Assembly (NCBI GenBank): GCA_964549625.1
Contig: CAZJVA010000003.1
Coordinates: 12,967-76,966, forward strand
Source: an uncultured Candidatus Babeliaceae bacterium
Lineage (GTDB): Bacteria > Babelota > Babeliae > Babelales > Babelaceae
Reading direction: 5' to 3'
Length of the DNA stretch: 64,000 bases
Part shown: piece by piece, positions 53,661 to 62,114 of the stretch
Layout of the letters: each line of letters begins with the position of its first letter
Numbering within the stretch: position 1 is the first letter of the stretch
Translations under genes and position numbers: made by a program
The notes under the pieces: model-generated
Told to the model about the DNA's origin: nothing
The model's input: the letters and a program-made list of their open reading frames with translations, nothing else
Databases searched by the model: none

Positions 53661-54794
53661 GTGAATAAGGTTAGTTTCATTTTATTAGTGCTTTTTGTTT
53701 TTCCGATTTTGGCGCAAGAAACAAAAATAACTTGTTTGGTGGTCCCAAAGGTCGTAGGTGAGACGCTTAAAAGGGCTGATATCAAACAGCTTGATGTTGA
53801 AGCGCTCTGCAAGAATGTTGATCCGGGTGTTTTTTCATTTAATGAGCTTTTGCCCGAGGGCGTTTTTGGTGCTAATGAGTTTCAGCGATTGCGCGAATGG
53901 TCTAAGCGGCAGAAAAACAGTGTTGTTGAGCAGAATATTTCAGTTGCGATAACAATTCTTTCTGGGAAGAAGGCCGGTGATGTTTCGTGTCTTGAATCTG
54001 ATCCCGAGAACAATGGCGCAGCGTTTATGGTGGCATCAAACGCTAATGCGCTCTGTTCGGTGTATGGTGTGTTGATTTCTCCAGAAAAATTATATACCGA
54101 TATTTGTACGCAAGAGGCAAATGCTGTTTTGCCGACATTGGCAGCATATAAAGATAGATATGAAAAGTTTGGTTTGCCTAGTGTTCATAAAGGCTGGGTT
54201 TCTGATTCCGACAAGCAAAAAAGCCTTATGGTTTTTAGTTCAGCATTGAAACAAGCGGATGTGTTTAGGTATAAGAATGGGTATATTGCTTTTAAGAAAG
54301 ATGCACTGTCTGATATCCAAAAAAATTTTGAAAATGAATCAATTGTCCAGATGGTCGCATATCATAAGGATGCGTCGGTTATTTTGAACAAAAAACTTGT
54401 TCAGGGCTGCGGTAGGTGGTTCTATGCCCCAAAAGAATCAAAACAAAAAATAGATCATATTATTGCTGCAGCGGTTAACATTGGGGAAAATGTTTCTAAT
54501 CTACCTGGTGGGTATCTTTGTGGAGAACTCCTCAACGCTACCAATCCTAGTGCTGCTGAAGCGATAGCAAAAAAAGCACTAAAAACCTCATATGAACACG
54601 CTATTTTGTTAGCAGCCTACCATAAAAAGCAGAAGCTGTTTCTGACGCTTTTAGGTGCGGGTGTTTTTGGAAATAGGGTTAAGTGGGTAAAAGAAGCGAT
54701 TATTCAGGCGATTAAGGAGCATCGACATCTTTTGGGTGCTATGAAAATCTATGTAATTGACTACTCGGGTGGTTTAACATGGAGTCAAGATTGA
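53661..54794 (+). CDS. Secreted protein with a diverged macro/PARG-like (DUF2263-like) domain (candidate)
   Basis: An in-frame GTG at 53661 gives M-NKVSFILLVLFVFPILAQ, a signal peptide; the track starts at TTG 53586. FMVASNANAL...CTQEANAV and LFLTLLGAGVFGNRVKW resemble bacterial PARG NFAS..NPGGG...AQEE and LGAWGCGVFxN (from memory), but the GGG loop is absent. Confidence 0.4.
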   Translation: MNKVSFILLVLFVFPILAQETKITCLVVPKVVGETLKRADIKQLDVEALCKNVDPGVFSFNELLPEGVFGANEFQRLREWSKRQKNSVVEQNISVAITILSGKKAGDVSCLESDPENNGAAFMVASNANALCSVYGVLISPEKLYTDICTQEANAVLPTLAAYKDRYEKFGLPSVHKGWVSDSDKQKSLMVFSSALKQADVFRYKNGYIAFKKDALSDIQKNFENESIVQMVAYHKDASVILNKKLVQGCGRWFYAPKESKQKIDHIIAAAVNIGENVSNLPGGYLCGELLNATNPSAAEAIAKKALKTSYEHAILLAAYHKKQKLFLTLLGAGVFGNRVKWVKEAIIQAIKEHRHLLGAMKIYVIDYSGGLTWSQD

Positions 54795-55042
54795 TCATCT
54801 AATTGCTTGTTGTAAATAGGGGTGGTTTTTTGGGTGTTGAATTTTAAAAACCTAATTTGTTGGGGGGATGCTTTATTTGTTTGTGAGTCCTGGTAACAAT
54901 GGTTTTTGAAAGCACGTCGTCTAGGGTTTGCGCAAAGGGTGTCGGGCTTTTGATATTTTGATGTGGGTGTCTTATTCTCTTTTTTTTCCTTAGCGGTACC
55001 CTAAATGCATACGATTACTAATGGTCTAACGGGATACCTAAT

Positions 55043-56284
55043 ATGATAGATTTAGCCTTTTTGCGCAATGAACCGGCGCGTGTTTTTGATTTGGTTGCAC
55101 GCAAAGATCCTAATTTTCCGATTCGAAGATTATCTGAGCTTGATGGTCAGGTGCGATCCTTGCAGCAAGAAGTTGAAGCATTGCGCTCCGAGCGCAATGA
55201 ATTGGCACGAGCTGGTAAGTCGGGGGTAACTGATACCTTACGTGAGCAGGCTAAGTTGCTTGGGGAGAAGATTAAAACAAAAGAAGCCTTGCTTGCAACA
55301 ATTGAAAGTGAGTTTCGTGACCTTTATTTGCGTTGTCCTAATTTGCCTTACGAAGATTTGCCGCTTGGGGGAAAAGAAGCTAATTTTGAGGCTCGGAGTT
55401 TTGGCGAAAAAGCACAATTTAATTTTGAACCAAAAACACATGTTGAGTTGGCGGCTCAATTAGGTTGGATAGATTTTGAAGCTGCTGCGCGTATGACTGC
55501 CTCTAATTTTGCATTGTATCGCAATGGGGGTGTCCTGTTACAATATGCACTTTCTATGTTCATGTTAAATACGGCCCGTTCTCATGGATATTCTCCGGTT
55601 TTGCCACCTTTCCTTATTAATGAGAAGGCTTTGGAGGGGGCGAGTAATTTTCCACGATTCAAAGAAGAGGTTTTTGCGGTTGAAAAGGATGGGCTCTATT
55701 TAACACCGACTGCAGAGGTCAATTTGGCAAACCTATATCGCGACACTATTTTTGCACCAGATGAGCTTCCTGTTAGGCTTACGGCCCTTACGAGCTGTTT
55801 TCGGCGCGAAGCGGGTGGTTATGGAGCCTCAGAGCGCGGACTTATTCGTATTCATCAGTTTGATAAGGTTGAACTGTTTGCTCTTTGTACACCAGAAAAT
55901 TCGTCAGATGAGCAAGAGCGAATGCTTGCATGTGCCGAAAGCATTTTGCAGCGCCTGGGCTTGCATTATCGGGTTATGTTGTTAGCCGCCCAAGATTGTT
56001 CTTTTGCTTCGGCAAAGACCTACGATCTTGAGGTTTGGATGCCTGGTCAAAAAGAGTATAAAGAAGTCTCTTCGATCAGTAATTGCACGGATTTTCAGGC
56101 ACGTCGTTGTATGATGCGCTATCGTCAAGAGCAGGGGAAAAATCAATTAATTCATACGCTTAATGGCTCTTCGTTGGCGTTGCCGCGACTTTTCGTTGCG
56201 CTATTGGAAACATATCAACAGTCTGACGGGTCCGTCGCATTGCCTGAAATTTTGCGCTCGGTTTGTGTCGGCATAGGCGAGTAG
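55043..56284 (+). CDS. serS: Seryl-tRNA synthetase
   Basis: MIDLAFLRNEP start with an N-terminal coiled-coil arm. Class II motifs present: TSCFRREAG, IRIHQFDKVE, SSISNCTDFQARR, TLNGSSLALPR. Confidence 0.95.
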   Translation: MIDLAFLRNEPARVFDLVARKDPNFPIRRLSELDGQVRSLQQEVEALRSERNELARAGKSGVTDTLREQAKLLGEKIKTKEALLATIESEFRDLYLRCPNLPYEDLPLGGKEANFEARSFGEKAQFNFEPKTHVELAAQLGWIDFEAAARMTASNFALYRNGGVLLQYALSMFMLNTARSHGYSPVLPPFLINEKALEGASNFPRFKEEVFAVEKDGLYLTPTAEVNLANLYRDTIFAPDELPVRLTALTSCFRREAGGYGASERGLIRIHQFDKVELFALCTPENSSDEQERMLACAESILQRLGLHYRVMLLAAQDCSFASAKTYDLEVWMPGQKEYKEVSSISNCTDFQARRCMMRYRQEQGKNQLIHTLNGSSLALPRLFVALLETYQQSDGSVALPEILRSVCVGIGE

Positions 56285-56297
56285 TCGACAATAAAAC

Positions 56298-56371
56298 CTT
56301 CTGGTATACTAAAAACTTACCATTAAAGATTTGTGTCAGGCTCGAGCAGGGCTTGACACTTCTGGTATACT
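56298..56371 (+). promoter_or_regulatory. Two copies of CTTCTGGTATACT flanking the serS-distal hairpin (candidate extended -10 elements)
   Basis: An identical 13-mer occurs at 56298-56310 and 56359-56371. Each contains TGgTATACT (TGn plus a -10-like hexamer). TATACT is also the -10 I infer for tRNA-His. Confidence 0.3.
56333..56359 (+). terminator. Hairpin downstream of serS
   Basis: GTGTCAGGC (56333-56341) pairs with GCTTGACAC (56351-56359) in 9 pairs, one of them G-U. The loop is 9 nt and TTCT follows. Confidence 0.4.
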
Positions 56372-56497
56372 TAATAAACCAGACACCCAGCCATTTTTAC
56401 ACCAAAATTCTTGTTTAAGGCGGTAGTGGAGATGGTTTTTTGTTTATAAGCGGGTTTTTTATTTTTTGGGTTGCATTTTATTTGATTGAGGAGCTCT

Positions 56498-56956
56498 ATG
56501 GCAAAGCATGTAGGGGTTAAACTACCCGACGATTTATTCGCCTTGTTGCAAAAGGGAACAACTGGTATTCTTGCGACATTTTCTGAAAAATCTCTGCCGC
56601 ACACGACGCCGGTTAATACGTTGTTTCCTAAGGGCAGAGAGAGTATTTTGCTTTCGATTAATAAAGAGCATACGGGATACCATAACTTAGTTTGGCAAAA
56701 AAAAGTTATGTTGTGTTTTCTTGATGAAAACAATGTCGCCTACAGTGTTTTGGGGCGTGCGGGTGTGGTGCGTGCGCCATCGATTGTGCATCCTCTTATG
56801 AATATTGTTCGTATCGATATTATTGATATTAAGTGTGATCGTTCAAGTCTTTGCTCGGTTGATACTGGTGTTCGATGGAGTTATACATCTCCCGAGGCCG
56901 AGGAGTTGGTTACTGCATTGATTGGTGAGTTGAAAGATCTTTCAAAAACCTTGTAG
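56498..56956 (+). CDS. Pyridoxamine-5'-phosphate-oxidase-like FMN-binding split-barrel protein
   Basis: GAGGAG lies 5 nt upstream of ATG 56498. LLQKGTTGILATFSEKSLPHTTPV..., about 150 aa, fits the PNPOx-like family pattern. The assignment is moderate. Confidence 0.6.
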   Translation: MAKHVGVKLPDDLFALLQKGTTGILATFSEKSLPHTTPVNTLFPKGRESILLSINKEHTGYHNLVWQKKVMLCFLDENNVAYSVLGRAGVVRAPSIVHPLMNIVRIDIIDIKCDRSSLCSVDTGVRWSYTSPEAEELVTALIGELKDLSKTL

Positions 56957-56969
56957 TAGCGGAGTATTA

Positions 56970-58454
56970 ATGAAGCACATATGCATGCGAGTTTTGTTGG
57001 TGGCGTCTTTTGCTGTCTTTTTTGTTGGTGCGGGTTTTGGACCGTCGCAGAAAGGGGATGAGTCAGCCGTCAAACAGCCAGCCGTTTCGGCGGAAGCATT
57101 TGCAGGTGAAGAATTCTCTTTTGATGATGAATTTAAGTCAGATGAGCCTGCTAAGGAGGTTTTGCCGGGAGAAAAAGGTCTTGTTGGCCCTGAAGTAAAG
57201 GCTGTTGAGGCTTCGGCGATACAGGCACCCAATGCAGAGTCAGTTGATGTGGTAGAAGATTCGGCTAAAAAGGTTGAGCCATCTCAAGATATGTTAGAGG
57301 GCGGGGCGGATTCTGTTGAATCGATTCAAACAGAAGAGGATGATGTTGTGGCTACAGAACCTAAAGAAGGCGAACGTGCAGCAGAAGACTCGTTGTCCCA
57401 TGTCGCGTCTGTTCAAGTTGTAGCTCAGCAGACTGAACCAATGGCAGAGGGTGTGGTTGCACCTGTAGCTCAGGATGCTGTTGAAACTCCTGTTTGGGAT
57501 ACTCATTCAGATGACAGCTTGGTTGATCAGGACCCAGCTCTTGTTGAGCCCGTTTTAAGCTATCATCAGCTAGATAGTGTTGAAGATGGGCCGGGTAATT
57601 GGTTTTTTAAGGCTCAGATAATGAAGCGCGCGCGTGTAGAGATTAATGAGATTCGAAAAATTATGGAGCGTGTTCAAGCTCTAAGAGAGCCAAATCAGAA
57701 ACTGGCAGATGCTCTTGATGCTCGCTTTGATGCATTTTACACTGAGTGTGGTTTTCAAAAAGGTGAAATAGCTGTTAGTCTTAAGTATATCGAAGAGCAA
57801 TTAGCTCTGCTTAAGCCTGAAGGGCATTCTGGCGCGTTTGCACGGGAAGCACCAGCGGTCTCAGTTACCATGAAAGATCTTGAGGTAAAGCGTGATTTGC
57901 TCAGGATGATGCAGCAAAACTTTGACGAAATTGTAGAGGATGATAAGGTTTCGCGGGAGCTTTTTGCTCTGTTTGGCAATGAGTTAGGGCGTGTTAATCA
58001 GTATCTTGATGTTGCACTGGAAAAGTACGAAGATATAGAAAATACACTCAATGATGAGGCCGCTGAGTTTAATTTACATGCAATTGAAGCTGCAAAAACT
58101 AATATTGAAAATATTGAGCGTTACCTAACAGGGGATTTTGCGGGATTTTACTCGAAGCTTTCTGCTCGTGTTGATGAGTTAATGGCCCAGGTTCGAAGTG
58201 ATTTGCAAAAGCTTCGGGATATGGGTGTCGAATTAAATCGTAAAATTCGTGAAGAACGAGCACGTCAGGAAGCGGAGCGTTTAGAAGCAGAAAAACGGCG
58301 CAAGCAAGAAGAATTACAGCGCATTGAGGACGCTAAGCTCTGGAATCGAGTAAAACGTTGGGGGCGTAGCGCATGGGATTGGATGATCAATAAGATCTCT
58401 GCTGTGGGCAAAATGTTTACTGGTGATTCAAAGCCTAAGGCGGCAACGGCCTAA
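56970..58454 (+). CDS. Secreted acidic / coiled-coil hypothetical protein
   Basis: Signal is MKHICMRVLLVASFAVFFVGAGFG. The N-terminal half is E/D/V/A-rich and low-complexity. The C-terminus is a charged helix (REERARQEAERLEAEKRRKQEELQRIE). Confidence 0.65.
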   Translation: MKHICMRVLLVASFAVFFVGAGFGPSQKGDESAVKQPAVSAEAFAGEEFSFDDEFKSDEPAKEVLPGEKGLVGPEVKAVEASAIQAPNAESVDVVEDSAKKVEPSQDMLEGGADSVESIQTEEDDVVATEPKEGERAAEDSLSHVASVQVVAQQTEPMAEGVVAPVAQDAVETPVWDTHSDDSLVDQDPALVEPVLSYHQLDSVEDGPGNWFFKAQIMKRARVEINEIRKIMERVQALREPNQKLADALDARFDAFYTECGFQKGEIAVSLKYIEEQLALLKPEGHSGAFAREAPAVSVTMKDLEVKRDLLRMMQQNFDEIVEDDKVSRELFALFGNELGRVNQYLDVALEKYEDIENTLNDEAAEFNLHAIEAAKTNIENIERYLTGDFAGFYSKLSARVDELMAQVRSDLQKLRDMGVELNRKIREERARQEAERLEAEKRRKQEELQRIEDAKLWNRVKRWGRSAWDWMINKISAVGKMFTGDSKPKAATA

Positions 58455-58463
58455 TGAAAAAAG

Positions 58464-58492
58464 TTGCAGAGGATTATTTCTTCTGATAGAGT
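58464..58492 (+). promoter_or_regulatory. Putative promoter for tRNA-Leu(GAG)
   Basis: TTGCAG (58464-58469)-N17-TAGAGT (58487-58492), 22 nt before the tRNA 5' end. Confidence 0.35.
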
Positions 58493-58514
58493 ATCAGCAT
58501 GATCTTTGATGTGT

Positions 58515-58601
58515 GCGGAAGTGGTGAAATTGGTAGACACGCAGCTTTGAGGGGGCTGTGGGAGAAATCCCGTGGGGGTTCGAGTCCCTTCTTCCGCACC
58601 A
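58515..58601 (+). tRNA. tRNA-Leu (anticodon GAG), class II
   Basis: GCGGAAG-TG-GTG-AAATTGGTAG-ACAC-G-CAGCT-TTGAGGG-GGCTG-TGGGAGAAATCCCGT-GGGGG-TTCGAGT-CCCTT-CTTCCGC-A-CCA. Confidence 0.95.
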
Positions 58602-58652
58602 TATATTCTCGAAATCTTTTCTGTTTATAACCGTCAATATGAGGGATGAAGC

Positions 58653-60203
58653 ATGACCGTGACATTGAGGCGACTGGTATTTTCGCGCCTATCCATATTG
58701 GTTCTCCTAACGGGTCTTGGTGGATGGTTTCTGTATAATCTTAATTCTTACGTTAAATTTGGTATCGACCTAGTTGGCGGAACCTATATTACGTTGGACG
58801 TACAGATCGAAAAAGCATATGAAAATGCTCTTGTAGACCTCCTTAATAACATTGATGACATTGTTCCCGCTAGTGCTAAAGCACAGTTGATTTCAAAAGA
58901 AATTCGTGACAATTCGGTCCGGGTTACTTTTGGGTCGGTTGCTGCGCGTAACCAGGCAGCAGATCTTGTTGCGCAGCGCATGCAAGGGACCGCCGCCATT
59001 GAAACTGTTAATGATACCTTGGTTCTAAGATTGCCTCGTGCTCGTATGGACAGAATTGCGCGCGATGCGGTTGCAAGCAATGTCAATGCACTGACGACCA
59101 GGCTTAATCGTTTTGGAGTTAGTGAGATTCTTGTTGCTCAACATGGAAGCCGTCGTATTGTTGTTGAATTGCCTAACGTGCATGATATTCAGCAAGCAAA
59201 GTCCCTGATTGGTCGTGTTGCAGAGCTAGATTTTAAATTGGTTGAAGATAGTGCGGCAACCGAAGAAGCTCTTTTAGAGCGATATGGTGGTACAGTTCCT
59301 GAGGGCATGATTATTCTTCCGGGTGAGGGACATCGTGGTTCTGAGTATTACTTGGTTGCACAATATGGAACTCTTTCTGGGCGGGATCTGGAAATGGCTC
59401 GTGGAGAGTTAGACCACTCCAAGGGATTGCCTGTTGTAGCATTTAAATTTAAGTCTGATGCAGCACGCAGATTTTATGAGTTGACGTCGAATGTTGGACG
59501 GCAAATAGCGATAGTTTTGGATGGAGTTGTTATCTCGGCTCCTGTTGCTAATGAACCGATTTCTGGTGGCTCTGGTGTTATTTCGGGTAATTTTACTACG
59601 CAAAGCGCCAATGAATTAGCACTACTTTTGAGTTCCGGGGCGTTTGTTGCCCCAGTTACTTTTGAGGAAGAGCGCCACATTGGTCCTTCTTTGGGGCAAG
59701 AGGCTGTTTATCAGGGTATGTTAGCGTGTGCAGTAGGTGGATTGCTCCTGTTGCTGTTCTGCTTGCTTGTGTATAAAATGGGCGGACTGATTGCTTTTGT
59801 TGTTTTGTTGTATAACATCTTGTTGTCGCTTGTTTTGCTTGCTGGGTTAGGGGCAACATTAACATTGCCTGGTATTGCAGGACTCTTGTTAACTATTGGT
59901 GTTGCTGTTGATGCTTCTATTTTGATTTATGAGCGTATCAAAGAAGAGTTACGTAACGGGGCTCCTTTGAGGCGCGCCATTGATGCAGGTTTTTCAGGCT
60001 CTCTGGCTGTTATTTTAGATTCCAATATTACTGCGTTCTTAGGCGCCTTGGTTTTGTATATTTATGCAAGTGGTCCTGTTCGTGGTTTTGCGGCTACTCA
60101 GATGGTCGGTATCCTCGCTACTTTGATTACCGGTTTATGGTTGCTTAAATCAGCGCTGACGTACTTGACGGATGTGCTTGGTGTCGGCAAACTAAAGATA
60201 TAG
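58653..60203 (+). CDS. secD: Protein translocase subunit SecD
   Basis: N-terminal TM followed by FGIDLVGGTYITLDV, a periplasmic domain, and a C-terminal 5-6 TM bundle (GPSLGQEAV...LTLPGIAGLLLTIGVAVDASILIYERIKEE). Confidence 0.9.
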   Translation: MTVTLRRLVFSRLSILVLLTGLGGWFLYNLNSYVKFGIDLVGGTYITLDVQIEKAYENALVDLLNNIDDIVPASAKAQLISKEIRDNSVRVTFGSVAARNQAADLVAQRMQGTAAIETVNDTLVLRLPRARMDRIARDAVASNVNALTTRLNRFGVSEILVAQHGSRRIVVELPNVHDIQQAKSLIGRVAELDFKLVEDSAATEEALLERYGGTVPEGMIILPGEGHRGSEYYLVAQYGTLSGRDLEMARGELDHSKGLPVVAFKFKSDAARRFYELTSNVGRQIAIVLDGVVISAPVANEPISGGSGVISGNFTTQSANELALLLSSGAFVAPVTFEEERHIGPSLGQEAVYQGMLACAVGGLLLLLFCLLVYKMGGLIAFVVLLYNILLSLVLLAGLGATLTLPGIAGLLLTIGVAVDASILIYERIKEELRNGAPLRRAIDAGFSGSLAVILDSNITAFLGALVLYIYASGPVRGFAATQMVGILATLITGLWLLKSALTYLTDVLGVGKLKI

Positions 60204-60227
60204 TGGGGGCTTAATTAGTAATCTTTA

Positions 60228-60304
60228 GGCGACGTAGCTCAGCTGGTTAGAGCGGCGGAATCATAATCCGTAGGTCCGGGGTTCGAGTCCCTGCGTCGCC
60301 ACCA
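60228..60304 (+). tRNA. tRNA with CAU anticodon, elongator type (Met; Ile2-lysidine not excluded)
   Basis: GGCGACG-TA-GCTC-AGCTGGTTA-GAGC-G-GCGGA-ATCATAA-TCCGT-AGGTC-CGGGG-TTCGAGT-CCCTG-CGTCGCC-A-CCA. G1:C72 is paired and there is no GGG:CCC anticodon stem, so it is not an initiator. The 5' half resembles E. coli elongator tRNA-Met. Confidence 0.88.
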
Positions 60305-60311
60305 GAGTTGT

Positions 60312-60352
60312 ATTGGGCGGGTATCATCTGTATGGTACTCGCCCAATTTTTG
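60312..60352 (+). terminator. Strong Rho-independent terminator after tRNA-Met
   Basis: A 36-nt hairpin spans 60312-60347 (16 pairs including 2 G-U, loop CTGT) and is followed by TTTT. Confidence 0.8.
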
Positions 60353-60365
60353 TGGGGAGTGTTTA

Positions 60366-62114
60366 ATGTTGTTTGCTGAGTTGGCGCAGCGGTTTTGCGC
60401 TATTGAGCGTGAGTCCTCTCGACTTACGATTACTAAGATGCTTGCTGATCTCTTTCTCAATCTGACGCCCGAAGAGGCCCGTGTTGTCGCCTATATGTGT
60501 TTGGGAGAAATGCGACCAGCTTTTTTGGGTACAAAGTTTAATTTTGCCGCCAAGGGTATGGAGTATGTCGCTGCTCGGCTGTTACATGTTTCTTTAGAGG
60601 AGGTTGCCGACCGCATGGCCACGGCTGGTGATTGGGGTGATCTTCTTGAGCTGGGAGATTGGGAATCGGCTGGTAGCGCCTCGATTATGTCGTTATATGA
60701 ATCTTTGGAGCGCTTTGAGGCGATATCTGGTGTTGGTTCGTTTGATGAAAAGATTAGCTTTTTGGTTCAGCTTTTAAAATCGGTACCGCCATCTTCTGCG
60801 CGATATGTAGTGCGCATTGTGATGCAAAATTTACGCTTAGGTTTTTCCGATATGACCCTGCTAGACGCATTTTCTTGGATGGTGCAGCAGGATAAAAAGG
60901 CAAAGCCTTCTATTGAATCGGCATATAACCTTGTTGCAGATATTGGGCGTATCGCGTACTTAGTGGTGCATGGCGGTCTTGCTACACTCAAAGACATTGA
61001 GCTTGAGGTTGGGGTTCCCGTTCGTCCTGCTGCGGCGGAGCGAATGATGACGGCACAGGATATCATTCAAAAGATAGGTCCTTGTAGCGCTCAGCCTAAG
61101 TATGATGGATTTCGTCTGCAGGTGCACATGATTACATGTGAGGATGGAACCAAGAAGATCTGGTTTTTTTCGCGTAACTTGTTGGATATGTCTCATATGT
61201 TTCCAGATTTACACCAAGCAATTTTGTGTTTGCCCTTTAAGTCGCTGGTTTGTGAAGGAGAGGCTTTAGCTTTTGATGAGGTGAACGGAACGTATTTGCC
61301 ATTTCAAGAGACCGTAAAACGTCGTCGGAAGCATCAGATTGATTTGTTTGCGCAGGATAAGCCTTTGCGTCTTGTACTGTTTGACCTACTGTATAAAGAT
61401 GGAGATTCGTATCTAGATATGCCTTTGAGGGAGCGTTATGCGGCTCTTAAGGAGTGCATTATTTCGTGTGAAAGTTCTGTTCTGCAAGTAGCTGAGCAGG
61501 TTTCTTGCGAAACGCCGGCGTCACTGGAAAGTTATTTCCTCTCGTGTATCGGCGATGGCCTTGAAGGAATTATGGCCAAGCGACCAGAAGGAAGGTATCA
61601 GCCGGGGAAGCGGAATTTTAACTGGATAAAGTTGAAGCGCATTGAGCGGGGTATTCTTGATGATACTATTGATGCGGTGATACTGGGGTATTATTATGGC
61701 GCAGGTCGGCGTTCTGGGTTTGGGATAGGGGCCTTATTGGTGGGAGTATACAATCAAGAGCAAGATCGGTTTGAATCTATTGCAAAAATAGGTACGGGGT
61801 TAAGTGATTTGGAATGGGTTGCAATACGAGAAGCGTGTGATCAAGAGCGAATTGGAAGTCAGCCAGTTGATGTTGTGGTTATGCCGGCGCTCGCCCCCGA
61901 TGTTTGGGTTGCTCCGCGAATTGTTGTTGTTGTTCGAGCTGATGAGATTACTAAATCGCCTGTTCATGCAGCAGGTCGTACAGAAGAGACGGCTGGCTTA
62001 GCGCTAAGATTTCCTCGGTTTATGTCTTTGCGTCGGGATAAGTCTCCGGTTGATGCGACAACGGTTGAAGAGGTCGTGGGCATGTATGAACAGCAAAAGC
62101 GTGTTTTATTCTAA
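60366..62114 (+). CDS. lig: ATP-dependent DNA ligase, archaeal/eukaryotic Lig1-like three-domain type
   Basis: The N-terminal DNA-binding domain starts FAELAQRFCAIERESSRLTITKMLADLF. Motif I is KYDGFRLQVH. Also present are FSRN, CEGEALAF, LFDLLY, EGIMAKR, NWIKLK and an OB-domain tail. Confidence 0.9.
   Translation: MLFAELAQRFCAIERESSRLTITKMLADLFLNLTPEEARVVAYMCLGEMRPAFLGTKFNFAAKGMEYVAARLLHVSLEEVADRMATAGDWGDLLELGDWESAGSASIMSLYESLERFEAISGVGSFDEKISFLVQLLKSVPPSSARYVVRIVMQNLRLGFSDMTLLDAFSWMVQQDKKAKPSIESAYNLVADIGRIAYLVVHGGLATLKDIELEVGVPVRPAAAERMMTAQDIIQKIGPCSAQPKYDGFRLQVHMITCEDGTKKIWFFSRNLLDMSHMFPDLHQAILCLPFKSLVCEGEALAFDEVNGTYLPFQETVKRRRKHQIDLFAQDKPLRLVLFDLLYKDGDSYLDMPLRERYAALKECIISCESSVLQVAEQVSCETPASLESYFLSCIGDGLEGIMAKRPEGRYQPGKRNFNWIKLKRIERGILDDTIDAVILGYYYGAGRRSGFGIGALLVGVYNQEQDRFESIAKIGTGLSDLEWVAIREACDQERIGSQPVDVVVMPALAPDVWVAPRIVVVVRADEITKSPVHAAGRTEETAGLALRFPRFMSLRRDKSPVDATTVEEVVGMYEQQKRVLF

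Noticed and set aside
60228-60304. tRNA-CAU considered as initiator tRNA-fMet
   Set aside because: It has a paired G1:C72 and only two G:C pairs at the bottom of the anticodon stem, whereas an initiator has GGG:CCC. It therefore has elongator features.
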